Shown here: positions 40,332 to 46,976 of the stretch, piece by piece
Layout of the letters: each line of letters begins with the position of its first letter
How positions within the stretch are numbered: position 1 is the first letter of the stretch
Origin: an uncultured Actinomycetes bacterium
Lineage (GTDB): Bacteria; Actinomycetota; UBA4738; HRBIN12
DNA length: 64,000 bases
Reading direction: 5' to 3'
Assembly (NCBI GenBank): GCA_963821935.1
Contig: CAWGFM010000001.1
Location: forward strand, 104-64,103
Made by a program: the position numbers and the translations under genes
Notes under the pieces: generated by a model
The model's database searches: none
Told to the model about the DNA's origin: nothing
What the model saw: the letters and a program-made list of their open reading frames with translations, nothing else

Positions 40332-42546
40332 CCAGCCAGAGCGCCTCTGCGACGATCCTCCGCGAGATCTTGGAGTGGCCGTGCTCGCGTTCGCGGAACG
40401 TGATGGGAACCTCCGACATCGCGTAGCCCAGGTCCCACGTCCGCATCACCAGCTCGATCTGGAAGCCGTATCCCTCTGAGGCGACGGGCTGGCGCATCAG
40501 TTCCTCGAGGGCATCCGCGCGATAGACGCGGTAGCCGCTGGTCGCGTCGTGCAGGGGAAGGCCCAACATGAGGCGGGCGTAGACGTTGCCAGCGCGTGAG
40601 AGGGTCACGCGAACGCGACTCCAGTTCGACACCGAGCCTCCGGGCACGTAGCGAGAGCCCACCACCACGTCGCTGTCGGTCGAGGCCGCGTCGAGCAGCG
40701 CCGGCAGTTCCGAGGGGTCGTGGGAAAGGTCGGAGTCCATCTCCACGATCAGGTCATACCCCTCTCTGAGCGCCAGCTCGAATCCTTGAAGGTAGGCACT
40801 GGCCAGGCCGGACCTGTGGGAGCGCTCGAGCAAGCGGATGTGAGGATCGGTCGCCATCGCGTCGCGGACCGCCTGGGCGGTGCCGTCGGGCGAGGAGTCA
40901 TCCACGACCAGGATGTCGACGTCGTGCGGGGCGGCGCGCACACCCTTGAGCACGCGTTCGATCGTGGCGCATTCGTCGTAGGTGGGCAGGATCACCAGGG
41001 TGCGGGCACCCGGCCGCAACGGTTCCGGCGCGGCGCGTGTGGCTGTTCGACGCCGTGGCACCACGAAGGCCAGCACGATCGAGGCAAGCAGGAGCCAGGG
41101 GAGCCAGTCCCCCAGCCGTACGTACCAGGTGCGTTGGTCGGAAGACCGGATGGTGCCCCGCAGGATACCGGCGCGGAACAGCCCTTGCGATGCCACCACG
41201 CGCCCTGACGGATCCACGAATGCGCTGATGCCCGAGACGGCGCCATTGATCACCCAGCGGGCGTCCTCGATGGCCCGCATCTGCGTCATCTGCAGGTGCT
41301 GGGCACCGGCCGCGGTGAACCCGTACGAGGCGTTGTTGACCGTCACCACCAGGAAACCGGCCCCATCGTTGACCATGGCCCGTGGGATATCCGGGAAGGC
41401 GTTCTCGAAGCAGATCGGGGTGCCGATCGAGCCGAGCCCTTCGACGGCCAGGGTGTCCACCTGCTCCCCCGGCGTGCGATCGATCGGGATCTGATCGATC
41501 GCATCGATCCACTGCAGTCGCGATCGGAACGGCACGTACTCCCCGAAGGGCACCAGGTGCACCTTGTCGTAGCGGCCGTCGAGATCGCCCGCCCCGTCCA
41601 ACAACACCACGCTGGTTCGCTGGCCCCCTTCGGCGTCATCCAGCACGGCCCCGATCAGCGTCGGCGCCCCGACCTGGGCCACCGCGTCCCGCACGGCCGC
41701 GACCGTGGCCGGATCCTCGGCCGCCGCCGGGTCCAGGGCTCCCTCCCCCCAGATGGCCAGGTCGGGAGGCTCGTCGTCGAGCTGCCGGTGCAGCTCGGTG
41801 TTCAGTTTCGCCACCTCGATGTCCTCGTCCGAACCGGTCGCGGCTCGGGCGGCGGCCTCTCGCACGTCCACCTGGATCGCGGCCACGTCGATCGGCGGCC
41901 CGTGGGCCGCTCCGAACCCGATCGCGGCGGGCGCCACCCCCACGATCAACGCCAGCGTCAACGCGATCGCTACGGTGCGGCGGGTGCCGGTCCCCTGTTC
42001 GTCGATGATCGCGGTGACCCACAGGGCGTTGATCGCCGCCACGGCGAAGGTGACGCCCCAGACCCCGGCCACGGTCGCCAGGCGCACCGTGACGCGGTTG
42101 TCCACCTGTGAGACGCCGAGGCCGCCCCAGCTGAACCCGCCCAACGGCCATGCCGAGCGGATCCAGTCCAGGACCGTCCAGAGCGCCGCCGTGGACATGG
42201 CGCTCACGATCGGCCGGCCGGGGCGGCGCAGCGCGGGTGTGATGAGTCCGAACAGGGCCACCGACAGGGCGCACAGGAGCGTCAGGGCCGTCCACGCCAG
42301 CGTGCCGAATCGCCAGATCCAGTAGATCGTGGCGCCGTAGAAGGCCAGCCCGAAGATTAGGCCCAGCACGAATCCGCGCAGAGGGCGGGCATCCCACAGG
42401 AGCCACACGAGCGGCCCCAACGCGACGAAGGCGATCGGCCAGAACCCAACAGGAGGGAACGCCGTCGACAGGGCGAGACCGGAGAGCAGGGAGATCAGGA
42501 GCGCGAGCGGAAGTTGAGGGCGCGCCCTCAGGCGCAGTCGCGGCAC
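40276..42546 (-). CDS. lnt: Fused apolipoprotein N-acyltransferase / polyprenol-monophosphomannose synthase (Lnt-Ppm1)
   Basis: WGE, YDKVHLVPFGEY, ICFE; then GT2 ILPTYDE, DDSSPDGT, EMDSDLSH, VGSRY; start uncertain. Confidence 0.92.
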   Translation of the reverse strand: MPRLRLRARPQLPLALLISLLSGLALSTAFPPVGFWPIAFVALGPLVWLLWDARPLRGFVLGLIFGLAFYGATIYWIWRFGTLAWTALTLLCALSVALFGLITPALRRPGRPIVSAMSTAALWTVLDWIRSAWPLGGFSWGGLGVSQVDNRVTVRLATVAGVWGVTFAVAAINALWVTAIIDEQGTGTRRTVAIALTLALIVGVAPAAIGFGAAHGPPIDVAAIQVDVREAAARAATGSDEDIEVAKLNTELHRQLDDEPPDLAIWGEGALDPAAAEDPATVAAVRDAVAQVGAPTLIGAVLDDAEGGQRTSVVLLDGAGDLDGRYDKVHLVPFGEYVPFRSRLQWIDAIDQIPIDRTPGEQVDTLAVEGLGSIGTPICFENAFPDIPRAMVNDGAGFLVVTVNNASYGFTAAGAQHLQMTQMRAIEDARWVINGAVSGISAFVDPSGRVVASQGLFRAGILRGTIRSSDQRTWYVRLGDWLPWLLLASIVLAFVVPRRRTATRAAPEPLRPGARTLVILPTYDECATIERVLKGVRAAPHDVDILVVDDSSPDGTAQAVRDAMATDPHIRLLERSHRSGLASAYLQGFELALREGYDLIVEMDSDLSHDPSELPALLDAASTDSDVVVGSRYVPGGSVSNWSRVRVTLSRAGNVYARLMLGLPLHDATSGYRVYRADALEELMRQPVASEGYGFQIELVMRTWDLGYAMSEVPITFREREHGHSKISRRIVAEALWLVTLWGFQRRFRPSAPRPR

Positions 42547-42920
42547 AGCATCTTCTTCTTGTCCGCCAGCTGACCGCGGTGCTTCACCAGGAAGCAGCGC
42601 TTGCAGACGAACTCGGTCTCCTGCATGGGGACCACCCGGGTGTCCGCCTGATCGCCGGCGAGCTTCTCCTCCTTGGTGAGGGGGAGGGCGACCTCCTCTT
42701 CTTCCTCGGCGGCTTCCTCCGCGGCCTCCTGCTTGGTGAGCATCACCTGGATCGACTCCACCTCACCGACGGGAGCGGCCGGGTCCGGGGGAACGGTGGC
42801 GTCGGCGAGCTCAGCCTCGCTGGGCTCGTCCTCGTCGACGTCGTCGTCCGGCTCGGCCTCGGCCTGCGGCTCCGCCTCGTCCTCGATGGGTTCGTCGACT
42901 TCGCTCATGGTGTCGTTCAT
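42528..42920 (-). CDS. Acidic DUF4193-like protein with C-terminal Zn ribbon
   Basis: VVPMQETEFVCKRCFLVKHRGQL...CRDC. Confidence 0.85.
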   Translation of the reverse strand: MNDTMSEVDEPIEDEAEPQAEAEPDDDVDEDEPSEAELADATVPPDPAAPVGEVESIQVMLTKQEAAEEAAEEEEEVALPLTKEEKLAGDQADTRVVPMQETEFVCKRCFLVKHRGQLADKKKMLCRDCA

Positions 42921-42960
42921 CTCGTCCTCGTCGGGGGTCGCTGGGCCCCGATGCGCGCGG

Positions 42961-42988
42961 ATTGTACTGCCAGTCGCCGCTTCTGCAA
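42961..42988 (-). promoter_or_regulatory. Housekeeping-sigma-type promoter for the DUF4193-like gene
   Basis: Minus strand TTGCAG-N16-TACAAT. Confidence 0.6.
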
Positions 42989-43020
42989 CGCAAGCGCCTG
43001 TGGGAACGTTCGAGATCCCG

Positions 43021-43242
43021 GTTCCATTCCCGCGGCCATGATGTCGTTGCCCGGACGCTTGGACACCGGGCATGGCAAGGACCCAAGAGACCTTTGGGGC
43101 CGCGACGCCGGGGCGCCGCGTTCTCTACTCAGCCTCTTGGGTCCTGCCGGCGCCTCCCCCAGGCCATCACTGGCCGACGGTGGCGCAGTTCGAACGCTAC
43201 GACCGGCGGGCGGTCAGGGTCAACCCCGCAGTGCCCAGGAAC
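43021..43242. ncRNA. Candidate rod-like structured ncRNA
   Basis: Nested inverted repeats: GGCA(A)GGACCCAAGAG/CTCTTGGGTCCTGCC, GTCGTTGC/GCTACGAC, GTTCC/GGAAC within a 360-bp intergenic gap. Confidence 0.55.
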
Positions 43243-43281
43243 GATGACGATCCGTCGGTGGGACCGGAAGGGTCCGCTCTC

Positions 43282-44799
43282 TCAGCCGGCGAAGACCTCC
43301 CGGCCGAGCGAGACGGTCAGCACCGGTCGGATGCCATCGATCTCGGCAACCGTGAGCGGATCGTGCTCGAAAGCGGCGAAGTCGGCATGCATGCCCGGCG
43401 CGAGGGCACCCTTCTTCTCCTCTTGATGGCCCACGCGTGCCGAGCCGATCGTGTGCAGACGCAGCGCAACCGCCCGTGATACACGCTGCGCCGCGTCGTG
43501 ATGACCCTCGAGCGAGGCGATGCAGCGCATCGGGTCCAGCGGCGTGACCGGGGCGTCCGACCCCACTCCCACCTCGACGCCCCGGTCGATCAAGGTGCGG
43601 AAGGGGTTCATCGCCCGCGCCCGATCCATGCCGAGCCGCTGCTCGTACAGCCCTCCTCGGCTCCCCCACTCGCGGTCGAACGCCGGTTGGATGGACGCGG
43701 CAAGGCCCAGGACCGCCGCGCGTTCGATCTGGGCGGTCGAGATCATCTCGACGTGCTCGATCCGGTGCCGGCGCGCCCGGAAGTGCCGCCGCTCGCGCGA
43801 GTCCGATGCCTGGTAGACGCGCTCCCACGCTTCCAGCACCTGCTCGATCGCGCGGTCACCGATCGCGTGCACGCCCACCTGGAGGCCGGCCGCGTGTCCT
43901 CCGTGGAAGAACTCCGCGAGCTCGTCGTCCGAGTACGACTTGGCCCCGATCGAGTCGGACCCCTCGTACGGGATGAGCAATGCGGCCGTTGCCGCTCCGA
44001 TCGAGCCATCGGTGGGCAGGTCGCCCCCTACTGCGGTGAGGCGATGCTGGATGGCGACCGACAGATCCATGGTGGCCACGATCGGCATGGCGTCGACCGG
44101 GAGGCGGCTCCGCTGCTGCAACAGCACCCGGAGATCGGCGTCTCCGTGCGAGTGCGGCATCGCCATCTCGTGCACCGCCGTGATACCCCGCGAGGCGGCG
44201 ACGCCTGCGGCCCTGAGCTGCAGGGACTGGAGCTCGTGGTCGGAGAGGGAGGCGAGCACCCACCTGCCCACGGTCTCGTTCGCCTCGGTGATGAGCACGC
44301 CCGTCGGAAGGCCGTCATCGTCTCGAACCAGCCCCGGGGACCCGGAGGCACCGCCATGCTCGATCGCCACGGCGTTGGCGAGCGCCACGTGCCCATCGAT
44401 GCGCCTGATGACCAGCGCTCGACCCGTCACGTCGTCGAGCTCTCGAGCGGTCGGCAGGAGCGGCTGGTCCCAGCGTGTCTCGTCGTAGCCCTGGAGGTAG
44501 ACGGGGCCGTCGCCGGGCGTGGCGACCTCGCGAGCGGCGGCGGCCTTCAGCAGGTCGCCAGCGGACCGAGCCGCTTCGACGTCAGCGTTGGCGAGCGAGA
44601 GCCCAGTCGCGGTGAGGTGCACGTGGGCATCGATGAACCCCGGCACGATCGTGGCGCCGGGCAGGTCGATCACACGGTCGGCGTCCGGGGGATCGCCCGA
44701 GCCGACGCGTTGCACGTGCCGTCCGTCGACCAGGAGCCACTCCCCCGACTCGGGGTGGCTCTGGGTCCGGACGCGAGCGGCGCGGTAAAGGGTCCTCAT
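43282..44799 (-). CDS. Metal-dependent amidohydrolase (YtcJ-like)
   Basis: PGFIDAHVH, HAIGD, HRIEH, GSDAP, G..ADF; ATG at 44799. Confidence 0.92.
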   Translation of the reverse strand: MRTLYRAARVRTQSHPESGEWLLVDGRHVQRVGSGDPPDADRVIDLPGATIVPGFIDAHVHLTATGLSLANADVEAARSAGDLLKAAAAREVATPGDGPVYLQGYDETRWDQPLLPTARELDDVTGRALVIRRIDGHVALANAVAIEHGGASGSPGLVRDDDGLPTGVLITEANETVGRWVLASLSDHELQSLQLRAAGVAASRGITAVHEMAMPHSHGDADLRVLLQQRSRLPVDAMPIVATMDLSVAIQHRLTAVGGDLPTDGSIGAATAALLIPYEGSDSIGAKSYSDDELAEFFHGGHAAGLQVGVHAIGDRAIEQVLEAWERVYQASDSRERRHFRARRHRIEHVEMISTAQIERAAVLGLAASIQPAFDREWGSRGGLYEQRLGMDRARAMNPFRTLIDRGVEVGVGSDAPVTPLDPMRCIASLEGHHDAAQRVSRAVALRLHTIGSARVGHQEEKKGALAPGMHADFAAFEHDPLTVAEIDGIRPVLTVSLGREVFAG

Positions 44800-45557
44800 G
44801 GCGCGCGTAGCATCGCACGCTCGCGTGCGGCCGGTGAGTATCCTGCCGGGCCCAACAGCCGGCGTGCCGCCTCGATCGGATCGTCCATGATCGTGGTCTT
44901 GGACAGGTTGGCCTGCAGCCCATCCTCCGCCAACGCGCGTTGGAACGCGTCCCTCGCTCGGATCGCGGCCGAGTGGTCGGGGCATACCGCCACCACGTCG
45001 TCGACCCACCGCAGGTGGACCACCCCTTCGGCCCTGATCGCGCGATCGGCGTGCGTCAGCACCGCGTTGGCGAGGGGGGCGGACGGCACCGGTCCCACGG
45101 GGAGCCCGACGATGCCACGCTCCGCGAACCCGCGGATGACGGAGACGACACCATCCACATCGATGGGCGGGCACCCGAGACGCCGCAGCGCCCGGTCGAC
45201 GATCGGGGGCCGGATCGAGGTGAAACACGAGTGGACATCGCCCACGAACACGGCCGCTCCCGGGTGGGAGGCGAGCTGTGCTCGCAGCAGCGATCGGAAG
45301 ATCCGGCGCGACCGCCTCCAGTCGTCGAGCACGACCTCGGAGCCGACGGCGAGCGCTCGGTCGGCGACCACGCAGGCTCCCAGAGCAGATCCGATGGTGG
45401 GCACCACCCTGGCGACGGCGGCCGCGTAGGCGCGGCGGTCGCCGGGACCGAGGATCGCGATCTGTCGCGTGCCTCCGCAGGGCTTGTCCACGGGGACGAG
45501 GTGGATCGGTGACGACGTGGACGAACGAGCCGGTCGGTCGGGTTGGGACGGGGCCAC
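44796..45557 (-). CDS. Compact reverse transcriptase (253 aa), unclassified
   Basis: KPCGGTR..I...DR, DVHSCFTSI, GLPVGPVPSAPLAN, RWVDD, GLQANLSKT in canonical RT order; AGGAGG SD before GTG. Confidence 0.9.
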   Translation of the reverse strand: MAPSQPDRPARSSTSSPIHLVPVDKPCGGTRQIAILGPGDRRAYAAAVARVVPTIGSALGACVVADRALAVGSEVVLDDWRRSRRIFRSLLRAQLASHPGAAVFVGDVHSCFTSIRPPIVDRALRRLGCPPIDVDGVVSVIRGFAERGIVGLPVGPVPSAPLANAVLTHADRAIRAEGVVHLRWVDDVVAVCPDHSAAIRARDAFQRALAEDGLQANLSKTTIMDDPIEAARRLLGPAGYSPAARERAMLRAP

Positions 45558-45730
45558 GCTTCCTCCTGGATCGATCGCGACGGTGGCGGGTTCCAGGAGG
45601 GAGGAGCGGTTCCCGCGTGGTGGTGTCTACACGCGCGGGAGCGCCGGGGCAATCGGCCGCAGGCCGAGGCTTCCCTCCCCCAGGCCCATCCCCCGAGCCC
45701 CTCCCCCGCTGCTCGCTTCGGGCCAACCTC
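45558..45730 (-). ncRNA. Candidate structured leader/ncRNA upstream of the RT
   Basis: Three hairpins plus six G-tracts on the RT strand. Confidence 0.5.
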
Positions 45731-45747
45731 GACCTAAGATGGCGCGC

Positions 45748-46191
45748 ATGCTGGACGAGCGAGACCTCGAGATCATCGTGGCGCTCCAAGACGACGCCCG
45801 CGCGACCTACGCCGACGTGGCCTCGCAGGTGGGCCTGTCGGCGTCGTCGGTGCATGACCGCGTCCGCAAGCTGGAGCAGCAGGGGGTGATCCGGGGCTAC
45901 ACGGCCGTGATCGATCCCGAAGCGATCGGGCTGTTCGTCACCGCGTTGATCGCTGCCTCACCGCTGGACCCGACGCAGGCCGACGACCTTCCCGACCGGG
46001 TGGCCGAGTTCCCCGAGGTCGAGGACTGCTTCAGCGTGGCGGGCGAGACCAACTACATCCTCAAGGTTCGGACACGTACCACCACGGACCTGGAGGACCT
46101 GATCCGGCGCCTCCGCGAGAAGGGCAGCGTGTCGACGCGAACCACGATCGCGCTCTCGATCCCGTTCGAAGGGCGCCCCAAGCGCCCCTGA
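45748..46191 (+). CDS. Lrp/AsnC family regulator
   Basis: LDERD..I...LQDDARATY, RVRKLE..GVIRGY, SVAGETNYILKV; TAAGAT -10 seven nt before ATG. Confidence 0.93.
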   Translation: MLDERDLEIIVALQDDARATYADVASQVGLSASSVHDRVRKLEQQGVIRGYTAVIDPEAIGLFVTALIAASPLDPTQADDLPDRVAEFPEVEDCFSVAGETNYILKVRTRTTTDLEDLIRRLREKGSVSTRTTIALSIPFEGRPKRP

Positions 46192-46271
46192 CCACCACGA
46201 TCCCTTCAGCCTCGCGGCCTCACACGCCGATATCCTCCGGAGGGCTTACGTTCCGGACCCGAACCCCCATA

Positions 46272-46976
46272 ATGATTTCCATGACCTCGCGGATCCTTCC
46301 TCGGAGCCTGGTCGCGCTGGGAGCCGTGCTCCTGGTGATGCTGTCGGCGTGTGGGCAGCCGGAGTACCGGTACGTACGGAACACCGAGGCCCGCACCGCG
46401 TTCAAGGTGCCGCACGACTGGCAGGTCTTCGACGAGACGCAGGCGGGCGCGGGTCAGGCGTCCACGCCCGACCCGGTCAATTGGCTGATCGGCCTCGACG
46501 GTGACCCTCAGCCCGCTGCGGGTCACATCCTCAGCTCGCAGGATGAGCTGGCCACCGAGTACCCCCAGGGCATCGCGGCCGTCATCACCCTCAACTCCCG
46601 GCTCCGGGATCAAGCGAACGTGGGAACGCTGCGCAACCTGGTCCTTCCCGTGGACGGGCTTCAGGAAGAGGTGGGTGCCGACGCGGTGACGCTGCTCGCC
46701 TACGACGATCGCATCGTCAAGGACGGCTTCCGCGGCATGCACATGGAGGTCCAGGTGGCGGATTCGGCCCTCAAGACCTACAACGCCGGCGCGGCCGCGT
46801 CCAGCTCGGAGCCCGGCTTCGCGGGCGAGAGCTACATCCACATGACCCAAACCGCGTACTACGATCCCACCACCGACAAGGTCTACTTCTTGGCCGTGCT
46901 ATGCGAGGCCAACTGCTACAGCCGCAACCGTGGCGACATCGAAACCGTGATCAACTCCTGGGCGGTGATCCCGTGA
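46272..46976 (+). CDS. Lipoprotein, hypothetical
   Basis: Signal peptide with lipobox LSAC. Confidence 0.8.
   Translation: MISMTSRILPRSLVALGAVLLVMLSACGQPEYRYVRNTEARTAFKVPHDWQVFDETQAGAGQASTPDPVNWLIGLDGDPQPAAGHILSSQDELATEYPQGIAAVITLNSRLRDQANVGTLRNLVLPVDGLQEEVGADAVTLLAYDDRIVKDGFRGMHMEVQVADSALKTYNAGAAASSSEPGFAGESYIHMTQTAYYDPTTDKVYFLAVLCEANCYSRNRGDIETVINSWAVIP

Noticed and set aside
40276-42546. Lnt-Ppm1 fusion as novel
   Set aside because: Known architecture (M. tuberculosis Ppm1, Rv2051c).
43071-43150. c-di-AMP (ydaO) riboswitch suggested by GGACCCAA...TTGGGG
   Set aside because: The following GTGAA and CCGTCAGCTAAC-type conserved segments are absent.
44796-45730. RT as a group II intron or classical retron
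   Set aside because: No maturase/thumb domain, no domain V/VI-like sequence or room for a ribozyme, and no NAxxH or VTG retron motifs recognised.
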